Part shown: piece by piece, positions 48,676-58,619 of the stretch
Numbering within the stretch: the first letter of the stretch is position 1
Layout: each line of letters begins with the position of its first letter
Assembly (NCBI GenBank): GCA_050011655.1
Contig: JBEKIR010000002.1
Coordinates: 1-61,928 of the forward strand
DNA length: 61,928 nt
Direction: 5' to 3'
Source of the DNA: Halobacteriota archaeon
GTDB lineage: Archaea; Halobacteriota; Bog-38; Methanoflorentales; Methanoflorentaceae
Position numbers and translations under genes: made by a program
The notes under the pieces: generated by a model
What the model saw: only the letters and a program-made list of their open reading frames with translations
Told to the model about the DNA's origin: nothing
Databases searched by the model: none

Positions 48676-48804
48676 AGGCGTACGTGGCACATCCTCCACA
48701 AAACATTTTATACTATTGAAACGCAAAGTGGTATAAAGCGCCGCCTCGGGCGCCACATATTCACTCTGCGCATTTTTGCTGCACTCTAGTTTGGTGAATG
48801 TACG

Positions 48805-49269
48805 ATGGCTAAAAAGAAGGGGACTCCTTCGTCAAAGCCTAAAAAGCAACGAGAGGCCCCTAAGGAAGACAAAAAGCAAGCGAGCGCTTTGTCGAAGGCT
48901 TCTAGGCTGCGAGAGGCCTCTGCAGCGGAGGGTCGTTTTTCGCGGAAGGCGATCGAGCGCAAGCTCGGTGAGTACCGAAGAGTCTTGACGCTCACAAGAA
49001 GGCCAACGCGTGAAGAGTTCTCGACGATAGCGAAAGTTGCCGCGATAGGAATCGCCATAATCGGTGTGGGCGGGTTTCTGATATATTTGGCCATGGTGCA
49101 AGCGCCGCAGTCCTTAGGTCTTACCAACGCGACGCACACAACAGCAACAGCCACCCCCAGCACCGCAGTGAACGCCTCGGAGCCGGTGATTAACGCAACG
49201 CAAAATAGTTCCATTAGTTCGGCCGTGAATACCACGGGGAACGTGACGACCCAGTCAGCGACGAGTTAA
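48805..49269 (+). CDS. secE: protein translocase subunit SecE (Sec61-gamma) with long N- and C-terminal extensions
   Basis: The core is EYRRVLTLTRRPTREEFSTIAKVAAIGIAIIGVGGFLIYL. It sits in the conserved position upstream of spt5-L11. It has a Lys-rich N-terminal 45 aa and an S/T/N-rich C-terminal 50 aa. Confidence 0.8.
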   Translation: MAKKKGTPSSKPKKQREAPKEDKKQASALSKASRLREASAAEGRFSRKAIERKLGEYRRVLTLTRRPTREEFSTIAKVAAIGIAIIGVGGFLIYLAMVQAPQSLGLTNATHTTATATPSTAVNASEPVINATQNSSISSAVNTTGNVTTQSATS

Positions 49270-49290
49270 AAAGTTTCAGTGAGGGGAATC

Positions 49291-49770
49291 ATGTCCAGTC
49301 AGGAGCAAAATGAGCTCGAATCTTCAATTTATGCCGTAAAAACCACGGCAAATCAAGAACGCGCCGTGGCCAACTTGCTTGCACTTGCTGCCAAAAAGGA
49401 GAACTACGACATCCGCGCGATACTTGTGCCGAAAGAGCTCAAGGGATACGTGCTCGTGGAGACCACAAAGTTTGAAATAGTAGAGCAGGCGATTCAAGGC
49501 ATACCGCACGCCCGGGGCGTGGTGAAGGGAAACACGAAGTTCGCAGAGATCGAGCATTTCTTAACGCCAAAGCCCGCCGTGGCCGGTATTGAAGACGGCG
49601 ATATCATTGAGCTTATTGCAGGTCCGTTCAAAGGAGAACGGGCCCGCGTCAAGCGCATTGACGAGCGCCGCGAGGAGATTACGGTCGAACTCTTCGAGGC
49701 GATGGTGCCGATACCGATTACAGTGCGCGGCGATCACGTGCGAGTCTTGAGCAAGGAGGAGCGCGAATAA
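49291..49770 (+). CDS. spt5: transcription elongation factor Spt5 (NusG)
   Basis: [15 protein letters not shown] (NGN domain) and [18 protein letters not shown] (KOW). GAGGGG SD before ATG 49291. Confidence 0.9.
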   Translation: MSSQEQNELESSIYAVKTTANQERAVANLLALAAKKENYDIRAILVPKELKGYVLVETTKFEIVEQAIQGIPHARGVVKGNTKFAEIEHFLTPKPAVAGIEDGDIIELIAGPFKGERARVKRIDERREEITVELFEAMVPIPITVRGDHVRVLSKEERE

Positions 49771-49771
49771 C

Positions 49772-50245
49772 ATGGCTGACGTAATCGAGGTGTTGGTGCC
49801 AGGAGGGAAGGCAAGCCCCGGTCCGCCTATAGGGCCCGCCCTAGGACCCCTTGGAATCAACATCAAAGCAGTTGTTGACGACATCAACGCAAAAACTGCG
49901 TCATATAACGGGATGCAGGTGCCCGTCAAAGTCATTGTCGATGACAAGAAGAATGTGACGCTTGAGATAGGAATACCTCCTGCATCGGCGCTCGTTCTGA
50001 TAGAGGCGGGAATAGAGAAAGGATCGTCTGGTGAAGGGACTGTTGGCAATATCAGCCTCGCTCAAGCGATCAAGATAGCAAAAATGAAACGAAAGAGCTC
50101 GCTTTCGTACGAACTGAAAAACACCGTCAAAGAAGTTTTGGGCACCTGTCAATCGATGGGCGTTACCGTCGACGAAAAACCAGCCAGAGATGTTCAAAAG
50201 GCGATAGACGCCGGAGAATACGCAGATCTGTTTATCGAGGCATGA
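49772..50245 (+). CDS. rpl11: 50S ribosomal protein L11 (uL11)
   Basis: VPGGKASPGPPIGPALGPLGINI is the L11 signature. Confidence 0.95.
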   Translation: MADVIEVLVPGGKASPGPPIGPALGPLGINIKAVVDDINAKTASYNGMQVPVKVIVDDKKNVTLEIGIPPASALVLIEAGIEKGSSGEGTVGNISLAQAIKIAKMKRKSSLSYELKNTVKEVLGTCQSMGVTVDEKPARDVQKAIDAGEYADLFIEA

Positions 50246-50292
50246 ATTCCGGCGAAAGATTGAAGTAAGGTTTACTCCATCTGATGATTGCA

Positions 50293-50336
50293 CCGTAGGA
50301 GATCACCGCAGTGGTCGACGCTACTACGGAGGGCGT
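50293..50336 (+). promoter_or_regulatory. candidate L1 autoregulatory mRNA structure overlapping the L1 SD
   Basis: An outer helix ccgtag/ctacgg and an inner hairpin gatcac-cgca-gtggtc are joined by an asymmetric internal loop (GA versus GACGCUA). The 3' arm runs into GGAGGG and ATG 50337. Confidence 0.3.
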
Positions 50337-50978
50337 ATGGTAAACGAAAACACCCTTAAAGCCGTCAATGAAGCGATTGAGTTAGCGCCCAAGAGAAAGT
50401 TCACAGAAAGCGTTGATTTGATTGTCAATCTCAAGAACGTTGATTTAAGCCAGCCAAAAAACAGGATAACCGAATCCATCGTGCTGCCGAACGGGCGCGG
50501 AAAAGCAACGAAAATCGGGGTTTTTGCCAAAGGGGATCTCGCCATTAAGTCGCAAAGCGACGGCGCTGACCTGATCATCTCTCCTGAAGATATTGATAAG
50601 ATGAGCGGCGACAAGAAACTCATCCGATCAACGACGCGAGAAATTGACTTTTTTATCGCAGAAGCGCCGTTGATGCCTTCTATAGGCAAGAGTTTTGGTC
50701 CTATTCTAGGCCCCAAGGGCAAGATGCCCGACCCTGTGCCGTCAAGCGTCGATCCTGGCCCTCTCATCAATCGACTGAGACGAACGGTCAAGGTGCGCTC
50801 CAAGGATAAGCCGACGTTCCACGCGTTGATCGGAAACCTGAGCATGAGCGCTGAAGACATCGCAGCCAACGTCGAAGCGCTTCTAAATACCGTAGAGTCA
50901 CGACTCGAGAACGGCAAGCAAAACATTGCCTCGGTCTACGTCAAGACCACGATGGGGCCCGCTGTGAGGTTGATGTGA
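50337..50978 (+). CDS. rpl1: 50S ribosomal protein L1 (uL1)
   Basis: FTESVDLIVNLKNVD...LPNGRGK...GPKGKMP are L1 motifs. Confidence 0.95.
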   Translation: MVNENTLKAVNEAIELAPKRKFTESVDLIVNLKNVDLSQPKNRITESIVLPNGRGKATKIGVFAKGDLAIKSQSDGADLIISPEDIDKMSGDKKLIRSTTREIDFFIAEAPLMPSIGKSFGPILGPKGKMPDPVPSSVDPGPLINRLRRTVKVRSKDKPTFHALIGNLSMSAEDIAANVEALLNTVESRLENGKQNIASVYVKTTMGPAVRLM

Positions 50979-50979
50979 A

Positions 50980-52005
50980 ATGGCGGCAATCGAAAACGTT
51001 CACCGACCGGTTTGGAAAGACGACGAAGTCACGAGCATCAAAGCCGAAGCTGAGACGCACAAAGTCATTGCGGTCGTGAGCATCCACGGTATCCCTGCCC
51101 GTCAATTTCAGAACATCCGGGCCGAGCTCCGCGATGTCGCGAGAATAAAAGTCGCGCGAAATACACTCATCCACCGTGCGCTTGAAGAGGCTGGCGAGAC
51201 GATGCTGAAGTTGTTTGAAAACGTTGAGGGGCAGACGGCACTCGTATTCACCGATCTGAATCCATTTAAGCTGTTTAAACTGCTCGAAAACAGCAGAACT
51301 CCGGCGCCGGCGAAAGCAGGCGATAGGGCGCCTACAGATATCATCGTAGAGAAAGGGGCTACGTCGTTCAGACCTGGGCCTATCGTTGGGGATCTTCAAA
51401 ACGCTGGGATACCGGCCGCGATCGAAAAGGGCAAAATCGTTATACGCGAAACAAAAACGGTCGCTAAAGCCGGCGACGCGATCAACGTGCGGCTTGCTGG
51501 CGTGCTTCAGCGCCTCGAAATCTACCCGATGGAAGTTGGCTTGTACCTTCGAGCAGCATACGACGGCGACGTGCTTTACATCCCAGAGAACCTACGCATC
51601 GATGAAAAAGCGTACTTTGGTCAGTTTGTGTTGGCTGTGTCAAACGCCCTTAATTTATCAATTAACACAGCATATCCGACGTCCTTAACCGCTGCGCCGC
51701 TGCTTCAAAAAGCTTCATTTGAAGCAATGAACCTCGCGGTTAACGCCGAGATCTTTGAGCCTGAAGTGCTCAAAACTCTGCTCTCGAGAGCGCAAGCCGT
51801 AGCATTAACTCTCGTTAGCAAGCTTCCGAATGAAGCATTGGACGATGAGCTCATCGCCCTAAAAGACGCCCACGCAACTGCGCCCGAGTCCGTTGAAGAA
51901 CAGCCAGCGCAAAAAAAGGCAGACGAAGAATCAAAAGAGAAAGAAGAGGACGAGGCGAAGGAATCTGAATCTGGCATGGAAGGTCTAGGAGCGTTATTTG
52001 GATAA
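50980..52005 (+). CDS. rplP0: 50S ribosomal protein L10 / acidic protein P0 (uL10)
   Basis: Position is after L1. It has an acidic C-terminal tail ending GMEGLGALFG, shared with P1. Confidence 0.95.
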   Translation: MAAIENVHRPVWKDDEVTSIKAEAETHKVIAVVSIHGIPARQFQNIRAELRDVARIKVARNTLIHRALEEAGETMLKLFENVEGQTALVFTDLNPFKLFKLLENSRTPAPAKAGDRAPTDIIVEKGATSFRPGPIVGDLQNAGIPAAIEKGKIVIRETKTVAKAGDAINVRLAGVLQRLEIYPMEVGLYLRAAYDGDVLYIPENLRIDEKAYFGQFVLAVSNALNLSINTAYPTSLTAAPLLQKASFEAMNLAVNAEIFEPEVLKTLLSRAQAVALTLVSKLPNEALDDELIALKDAHATAPESVEEQPAQKKADEESKEKEEDEAKESESGMEGLGALFG

Positions 52006-52041
52006 TCTAAATATCCACAATACAGCAAAGGTGATACCGAA

Positions 52042-52368
52042 ATGGAATACGTATATGCAGCACTAATTTTGCACGCGACAGGCAAGGAAGTAAGTGAAGT
52101 GGGCGTTACCAGCGTCCTCAACGCAGCAGGCGCGACGGTCAACGAGGCCAGGGCAAAGGCACTAATTGCAGCGCTCGAAGGCATCGATATCGACGAAGCG
52201 ATATCCACAGCGGCATTTGTGGGGGCTCCCGCAGCGCCTGCACCAGTCGCCCCAGCGCCAGCCGAGAAGAAGGAAGAAGCAAAAGCCGAAGAGGAAAAAG
52301 AGACTGAGAAGGATAAGGAAGAAGAGGAAGAAACAGGAATGGAGGGATTAGGGGCCCTATTCGGATAG
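52042..52368 (+). CDS. rpl12: 50S ribosomal stalk protein P1 (L12e)
   Basis: MEYVYAALILH..., an Ala/Pro hinge and an acidic tail ending GMEGLGALFG. Confidence 0.9.
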   Translation: MEYVYAALILHATGKEVSEVGVTSVLNAAGATVNEARAKALIAALEGIDIDEAISTAAFVGAPAAPAPVAPAPAEKKEEAKAEEEKETEKDKEEEEETGMEGLGALFG

Positions 52369-52517
52369 CGTCCCTGTTTTTACCCCGTTATTGACAACGC
52401 CTCGGAGTCGGGTGCCTAACTCAATCTTCGCCGTCTGTGCAACGGCGGAAGAGCTCTACATTTCAAGATCTAGCGATTTGTCGCAAGCAGTACTCTCAGC
52501 GTTGTCGATGCATGTTC

Positions 52518-53213
52518 TCAAAGTGAGGCTAACTTGCCCGTCAGCTGCAGACAATTCTGCGGCGCATATCCGTGGGCATCGTTGTTCCAGTAACCAAAGA
52601 CATCCGCTCTTTGGGAAATCTCGTGGATTCGCCGCGCCCAGTAGCCTATCTCGCTGGCCGAGTAGCCGTCTCGGTTCATGCCGCGAGCGTGCCATCTTAT
52701 GTAAGCAAAATCCGTAAAGCATTCTACATTGCTGTCGAATTGTGCACCTAGCATCGCCAATGTCAACTCTCGTTGCCCTCGAAAACGTTCAAAAACCTCG
52801 TCGTCAAACCACGAGCTGTGGCGAAACTCAAAGGCAAACCGGTGTTCCGGGAGAATGGAAAGAAACTCGTCAAAACGTTCCAGATCTTTTTTAAAGGCCG
52901 GAGAGAGCCCTATAAGAAACGGGCCCAACTTGTCCCCAAGCACAGAACAAGTCTCCAAAAAGTCATTGAGCGGTCTGCGCGCATCGCGTAGCCGTCTTGT
53001 GTGCGTAATATTCCGGTTCATTTTTATGGAGAATGTGAAGTCATCGGGAGTCGTGGCGTACCAGTTCTTCAGCTGGGACTCCGACGGAAACTTGTAGAAC
53101 GTCGAATTGACTTCGACAGAGTTGAAAAACCTGACATATTGTTCCAGGTAGTTGTAACGCGTATTATAAAAAACCCCTCGCCAGTGATCATAGTGCCATC
53201 CGCTGCACCCCAA
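52518..53213 (-). CDS. DUF72 family protein
   Basis: MGCSGWHYDHWRGVFYN... matches the characteristic GxSGWxYxxW N-terminus of DUF72. Confidence 0.8.
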   Translation of the reverse strand: MGCSGWHYDHWRGVFYNTRYNYLEQYVRFFNSVEVNSTFYKFPSESQLKNWYATTPDDFTFSIKMNRNITHTRRLRDARRPLNDFLETCSVLGDKLGPFLIGLSPAFKKDLERFDEFLSILPEHRFAFEFRHSSWFDDEVFERFRGQRELTLAMLGAQFDSNVECFTDFAYIRWHARGMNRDGYSASEIGYWARRIHEISQRADVFGYWNNDAHGYAPQNCLQLTGKLASL

Positions 53214-53340
53214 ACAGATCTTAGTCGTCTCCCTGGCCCCCAGCTCACGTTAGCATGTCGTGCGACAACAAAGAGATTTTATTGCACGCATAAAAGAATT
53301 ACTAAAGTTTAACTAATGAAGAGATTATAGGAATGCAAAG

Positions 53341-55479
53341 ATGGTGTTGAAAGAAACAGACGAAAGAGTCATTTCTGCAGCACTCGGCCGCCGGCCCAAT
53401 GACGTCGAAAGTGCAATATTCGAAAACCTATGGTCAGAGCACTGCGCCTATCGAACGAGTAAGCCACTCCTACAGACAATGCCCACGCGCGGCGACATCG
53501 TTATTGTGGGCCCCGGAGATGACGCAGCCATCATAAAGCTGAGCGATCACCTCACTCTCGCGATAGCGATGGAAAGTCACAATCACCCTTCTTACGTCGA
53601 TCCGTACGACGGCGCTGCGACCGGCGTCGGCGGAATCGTGCGTGACGTTATCTCCATGGGCGCCAAGCCGATCGCTCTGATGGATTGCCTTTATTTTGGC
53701 AGCTTAAAGAATGAAAAAAACCGGTATCTATTCGAGCACGTTGTTCAAGGAATCGGCGATTACGGGAATTGCATAGGAGTGCCCGTTGTAAATGGTGAGG
53801 TCCTATTTCACCCGAGTTACGATGGAAATCCGCTTGTCAATGTGGTCTGCATCGGACTAGGCCAACCCGATACGCTCGTCACCGCGCACGTAAAAAAACC
53901 TGGCAGCAAAATCATTCTCATCGGGTCTGCCACAGGGCGAGACGGTCTCGGAGGCGCATCCTTTGCCTCGAGAGATCTTAGTGAGGAATCTGAAGCGTTT
54001 GACAGGCCTTCGGTGCAGATTGGCGACCCGTACACTGAAAAGCTCCTGATCGATGCAACGCTCGAAGCAGTCGCCACAGGCTATGTCCTCGCGTGTCGCG
54101 ATTTAGGGGCCGCAGGGTTGTCAGGGGCCTCAGCCGAGATGTGTTCAACCTTTGGAGGGCGAATTGTGCTCGATGCCGTTCCTTTGCGCGAAACTGGTAT
54201 GACGCCGAGGGAAATAATGGTCTCTGAGTCGCAGGAGCGGATGGTCCTCGAGGTGCCGCCGAAGCACATTCAGGAAATACAAGCTATTGCCAGCAAGTAT
54301 GACCTAAATAGCGCCGTAATCGGTGAGGTAATCGACGAACCTAGATACGTCGTAGAGTTTCGCGGAACGGTAGTCGCCGACATACCGATTAAGCTACTCA
54401 CCGAAGGGGCGCCGTTATGCACACCTGAACGCCCAAAAGCGCAGTCGCACCTTGAACAGTCGCTAGCTCGAGACCTAACGCTTAAAGAGAAGGCGCTTCG
54501 CGTGCTTTCATCTCCTAACGTCGCGACAAAAGAGTGGGTGTATCAACAATACGACCACGAAGTGCAAACGCGGACTATAGTCAAGCCAGGCAACGGGGCG
54601 GCAGTTCTCTCGATTGACGCCCGGCGAGGCATAGCGCTGTCCTCAGGCTGCAATCCTACGCAAGTCGCCAAAGATCAATTCCAAGGGACAGCGGGCACGG
54701 TTTTTGAAAATGCAATGAATTTAGCGGTGAAAGGGGCAACGCCAGTCGCATTTGTCAATTGCCTCAACTTCGGCAACCCAGAAAATGCGGACGTCTTTTC
54801 GCAGCTTGAACGAGCGGTGGCGGGGCTCTCTCACGCTGCTCGGATCCTCGACACACCAATCGTCGGCGGGAACGTTTCGCTCTACAACGAAAGCGAAGAG
54901 TTCCACACGGCGATCATCCCCACTCCGTCAGTCGGAATGGTAGGAATTCTCGAGGATATCTCCACGGTCCCGCCGGCAATTTTCCAAGAAAAGGGAGATA
55001 TCGTAATGATGATCGGCGAAACGTATCCGGAATACGGTGGGTCGGAGTATGCTGAAATCTTTGAGATCGGAGGTGCTGTTCCGCAACCCTGCGAAACGAT
55101 TAAAGCAACTATCGACGCATTGGTGAAAGTTGTCGAGACCGGAAAGATTACGGCCGCCTCCGACATTTCGCGGGGGGGCCTCATAGCTGCGCTCGGAAAA
55201 ATGTGCAAACGCGTCGGCGCCGAAGTGAACTTATCTGCTTGTTTAGACGATGAGAACGAACTGTTTTCCGAGAGCTCCGGCAGAGCGATTCTTACGGTGA
55301 CCCATGGAAGCCTCAACTCCGTTTCAGCCGTTCTTGAAGCTCACGACGTCCCGTATGCCGCCATCGGAACCGTCGGCGGAGAAGCACTCTCTATCACAGT
55401 CGGCGACAGCCAACTAACGCTGTCACTAGAGATCATCGAGAGAAGTCTCAATACGCTTAACGAAAGTATGATCGCTTAA
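53341..55479 (+). CDS. purL: phosphoribosylformylglycinamidine synthase subunit PurL (FGAM synthase II)
   Basis: [36 protein letters not shown] and GDPYTEK. 712 aa. Confidence 0.95.
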   Translation: MVLKETDERVISAALGRRPNDVESAIFENLWSEHCAYRTSKPLLQTMPTRGDIVIVGPGDDAAIIKLSDHLTLAIAMESHNHPSYVDPYDGAATGVGGIVRDVISMGAKPIALMDCLYFGSLKNEKNRYLFEHVVQGIGDYGNCIGVPVVNGEVLFHPSYDGNPLVNVVCIGLGQPDTLVTAHVKKPGSKIILIGSATGRDGLGGASFASRDLSEESEAFDRPSVQIGDPYTEKLLIDATLEAVATGYVLACRDLGAAGLSGASAEMCSTFGGRIVLDAVPLRETGMTPREIMVSESQERMVLEVPPKHIQEIQAIASKYDLNSAVIGEVIDEPRYVVEFRGTVVADIPIKLLTEGAPLCTPERPKAQSHLEQSLARDLTLKEKALRVLSSPNVATKEWVYQQYDHEVQTRTIVKPGNGAAVLSIDARRGIALSSGCNPTQVAKDQFQGTAGTVFENAMNLAVKGATPVAFVNCLNFGNPENADVFSQLERAVAGLSHAARILDTPIVGGNVSLYNESEEFHTAIIPTPSVGMVGILEDISTVPPAIFQEKGDIVMMIGETYPEYGGSEYAEIFEIGGAVPQPCETIKATIDALVKVVETGKITAASDISRGGLIAALGKMCKRVGAEVNLSACLDDENELFSESSGRAILTVTHGSLNSVSAVLEAHDVPYAAIGTVGGEALSITVGDSQLTLSLEIIERSLNTLNESMIA

Positions 55480-55503
55480 ACGAACGGCATAGCGTAAAAG
55501 CAC

Positions 55504-56508
55504 ATGTTGAGCGTGAACCTGGTATATGGGACGTACGGCGAGAGCGGCATCCTCACGAGCATCAAGAACACGCAAAAAATGTTGAGACTACTCGAATCGG
55601 AAGGCGTGCGCTTCTACCAAAACTCGCTAAAGATATGCGACGTCATGCACGCCCACACATTCGGGCCCATCGCTCTTCTGTTGGCGTTGTTGCATAAAGC
55701 GCGTCATAAGACAGTGATAGTACACGCCCATACGACGCCACAGGATGTCGCCAATAGTTACTTCGGCGCCACCTTCATCAGCGCCTGTCTAAAAGGATAC
55801 TTGGGCTTCTTCTACAATCTCGCAGACGTTTGCATCGCGCCTTCCGCGTACACGAAGGAGGTCTTAAAAAGCACGCTTAACGTCAAGCGGAGAATCGCGG
55901 TTCTCAGCAATGGGATTGATTTGAGCTTGTACAAGTGCGATGAAAGGCGCGCAATGAAGTTTAGAGCGCAGTACGCTTTGGATGAACGCCCACTAATTCT
56001 CTCAATTGGTCTGGTTTTCTTGCGAAAAGGCATCATTGATTTCGTGGACGTCGCGAAGAAGCTGCCACGTTTCCGGTTCGTGTGGGTGGGAAGGATCCTG
56101 GCGCGGCCGTTCTTGCCAAAAGCGGCTAAAGATGTGCTCGAAGCGGCCCCCGAAAACGTGCTTTTCACGGGCCGAGTGGACAGCATTTGCGAGGCCCTGA
56201 GTGCAGCGAACGTGTTCGTTTTTCCCAGCTACGAAGAGAATCAAGGGATTGCCGCTCTTGAAGCAGCTGCTTGCGGGGTGCCCCTTATCTTGCGAGACCT
56301 GCCCGCGTACAGCACTTTTGTAGACGGACGCAACTGCATCAAGTTCACGACCGCCGAAGGATTCAGGAGCGCGATCAACAAGGTTATCACAGATCAGGCG
56401 AGCGCAAAGAGGCTCGGAGAGAACGCACGGAAAACCGTTCAGAGCCACGACGTCCACGTGGTCAGCAAAAAGTTGCTTCAGGTCTACCTCACCGCAAAAC
56501 GGGACTAA
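55504..56508 (+). CDS. glycosyltransferase family 4 (GT-B)
   Basis: FVFPSYEENQGIAALEAAACGVPLILRD is the GT4 E-x7-E region. Confidence 0.8.
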   Translation: MLSVNLVYGTYGESGILTSIKNTQKMLRLLESEGVRFYQNSLKICDVMHAHTFGPIALLLALLHKARHKTVIVHAHTTPQDVANSYFGATFISACLKGYLGFFYNLADVCIAPSAYTKEVLKSTLNVKRRIAVLSNGIDLSLYKCDERRAMKFRAQYALDERPLILSIGLVFLRKGIIDFVDVAKKLPRFRFVWVGRILARPFLPKAAKDVLEAAPENVLFTGRVDSICEALSAANVFVFPSYEENQGIAALEAAACGVPLILRDLPAYSTFVDGRNCIKFTTAEGFRSAINKVITDQASAKRLGENARKTVQSHDVHVVSKKLLQVYLTAKRD

Positions 56509-56599
56509 TTCTGCATACTTTTGGGGTGCAGCGCCAAAAGGAAAGCTATATAGACCAAATACCTCCTACTAATTGTGTTAAATAAGCGAGGAATCCGAA

Positions 56600-57769
56600 T
56601 TGCACGTAGGCGAAGCTTTGATCGGCACCGATCCTGAACTGGCCCATATTGACCTCTTGGTAGGGGACAAGAATGGCCCGGTGGGGCAAGCATTTGCTAG
56701 TGGATTGTCGCATCTCTCAAAGGGGCATACCCCCCTTCTGGCTGTAATTAGACCCAATTTGCTTACAAAGCCTGCAACACTCATCGTCCCTAAGGTAACG
56801 ATACAAGACTTAGAACAGGCGGCACGGGTCTTCGGCCCCGCTCAAGCCGCAGTTGCGAAAGCAGTCGCAGACGCCGTGGAAGACGGGGTCATTGCAAAGG
56901 AAGCGTGTGAGCAGTACGTGCTAGTCATATCCGTATACGTTCACCCCGACGCAAGAGATTACGAGAAGATCTACCGTTACAACTATGGTGCTACGAAACT
57001 AGCGCTTAGAAGAGCGTTGAGCGACTTTCCATCTGTGGACAAGGTTCTGTATGAAAAAGACCGATCGCTACACCCCGTTATGGGCTTCAAAGTTACTCGG
57101 CTGTGGGATCCGCCGTACCTTCAAGTGGCATTCGACTTAACTGAACTGAGTTCTGTGCTCACCGTTTTGGACCAGCTTCCAACGAGCGACCACATCATCC
57201 TTGAAGCGGGCACGCCGCTTATCAAACGCTATGGCTTAGGAGTCATTCGGGAGATGCGAAAGGCGCGCCCGAGCGCCTTCATCGTAGCAGACCTCAAAAC
57301 TCTCGATACCGGAAACCTCGAAGCGCGCTTAGCTGCAGACGAGGCAGCTGACGCCGTTGTGGTCTCTGGACTAGCCTCCGCGTCAACCATAGACAAAGCA
57401 ATAGAAGAGGCAAATAAGACCGGGATCTACGTTATTGTGGACATGTTAAACGTTGATAAGCCGGAAAGCGTTCTAAAGGCGCTCAAAAATAAGCCAGATA
57501 TCGTAGAACTCCACAGGGCAATCGACAGCGAAGACTCAGCACACGCGTGGGGGAACATCTCTAACGTAAAGAAGTACGCCAAGCTCGTTGCAGTCGCGGG
57601 AGGGATACGACAAAATAATATCGAGGAGGCTCTAAAGTCGGGTGCCAACATCCTGGTCGTAGGCCGCGCTATAACAGCCGCGCGAGATGCGAAAGGCGCT
57701 GCACGTGTGTTTCTCGAAGGGTTGAAGCAAAGCGATATCGATCAGTACCGGGTAAAGACTGACTTCTAG
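56600..57769 (+). CDS. fae-hps: bifunctional formaldehyde-activating enzyme / 3-hexulose-6-phosphate synthase (Fae-Hps)
   Basis: The N-terminal GEALIGTDPELAHIDLLVGDKNGPVG..GHTPLLAVIRPNL is Fae. The C-terminal YLQVAFDL...EAGTPLIKRYG...ADLKTLDTG...VGRAIT is the Hps/OMPDC fold. TTG start with GAGGA 8 nt upstream. Confidence 0.9.
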   Translation: MHVGEALIGTDPELAHIDLLVGDKNGPVGQAFASGLSHLSKGHTPLLAVIRPNLLTKPATLIVPKVTIQDLEQAARVFGPAQAAVAKAVADAVEDGVIAKEACEQYVLVISVYVHPDARDYEKIYRYNYGATKLALRRALSDFPSVDKVLYEKDRSLHPVMGFKVTRLWDPPYLQVAFDLTELSSVLTVLDQLPTSDHIILEAGTPLIKRYGLGVIREMRKARPSAFIVADLKTLDTGNLEARLAADEAADAVVVSGLASASTIDKAIEEANKTGIYVIVDMLNVDKPESVLKALKNKPDIVELHRAIDSEDSAHAWGNISNVKKYAKLVAVAGGIRQNNIEEALKSGANILVVGRAITAARDAKGAARVFLEGLKQSDIDQYRVKTDF

Positions 57770-57965
57770 GCTAACCAACGCTGCCTTTGTCACGATGCCC
57801 GGGTCTGAACGTCAATTGGACAGGTTCGGGTTTTTTTGGAGCATTCAGACGTAAGATCAGTGCCAAATGTGCGCCCTCTAAGAATGCGCACCGAGATCTA
57901 TTTGCATTTAGCCCTGCGATGCCCGACTATGAACGTGTTGACTCAAAGAATACGGAGGTGTGCGC

Positions 57966-58619
57966 ATGAAACCGTTAATCGTGATTAATTTTAAGACGTA
58001 TGCCGAAAGCACGGGAGCGAATGCTGTGGGACTCGCAACTGCCGCGAGCAAAGTCGCCGAGGATTCGGGCGTTACTATGGTCGTCGTCCCACAAGCCGCA
58101 GACATTTTTCAAGTAGCCCACGAAGTAGACATCCCGGTCTACGCGCAGCATATAGATGGAATTCAATTCGGGGGCTACACAGGACACATACTAGCAGAAG
58201 CGCTCGCGGAGGCTGGAGCGCGCGGTACACTAATAAATCACTCGGAGAGACGCCTTAAGTTGGCCGAGATTGACGCTGCGAATCAGGCCGCGAAGAGGGC
58301 CAATTTGGCGACAATAATCTGTACCAACAACGTATCGACAACTAAAGCCGCTGCTTCCCTCAGTCCCGATTTCGTAGCAATTGAGCCCCCGGAATTGATT
58401 GGCTCTGGTATTCCTGTATCAAAAGCGAATCCAGAAGTGGTAACGGGGGCGGTCGACGCTGCGATGGGCGTGAAGGTGCTTTGTGGTGCGGGTATCTCGA
58501 AAGGTGAAGACGTAAAGGCCGCAATAGAACTTGGAACCCAAGGCGTACTTCTCGCTTCTGGCGTAACCAAGGCCGCCGATCCAGAGGTTGCTCTAAGAGG
58601 TCTAGTTGCCTTTGTCTAA
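57966..58619 (+). CDS. tpiA: triosephosphate isomerase (short archaeal type)
   Basis: LIVINFKTY, LINHSERR, AIEPPELIGSG and CGAGIS. GGAGGTG ends 5 nt upstream of ATG 57966. Confidence 0.9.
   Translation: MKPLIVINFKTYAESTGANAVGLATAASKVAEDSGVTMVVVPQAADIFQVAHEVDIPVYAQHIDGIQFGGYTGHILAEALAEAGARGTLINHSERRLKLAEIDAANQAAKRANLATIICTNNVSTTKAAASLSPDFVAIEPPELIGSGIPVSKANPEVVTGAVDAAMGVKVLCGAGISKGEDVKAAIELGTQGVLLASGVTKAADPEVALRGLVAFV

Noticed and set aside
46400-48756. Long antisense ORFs within dtdA and ftsZ (46847..47605-, 47790..48455-, 48157..48756-)
   Set aside because: They are opposite strongly supported genes, have Ser/Arg-rich translations, and show no motifs.
49561-52208. Antisense ORFs across the spt5-L11-L1-P0-P1 cluster (49561..50049-, 50324..50926-, 50941..51399-, 51705..52208-)
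   Set aside because: They are shadow ORFs opposite universally conserved ribosomal genes.
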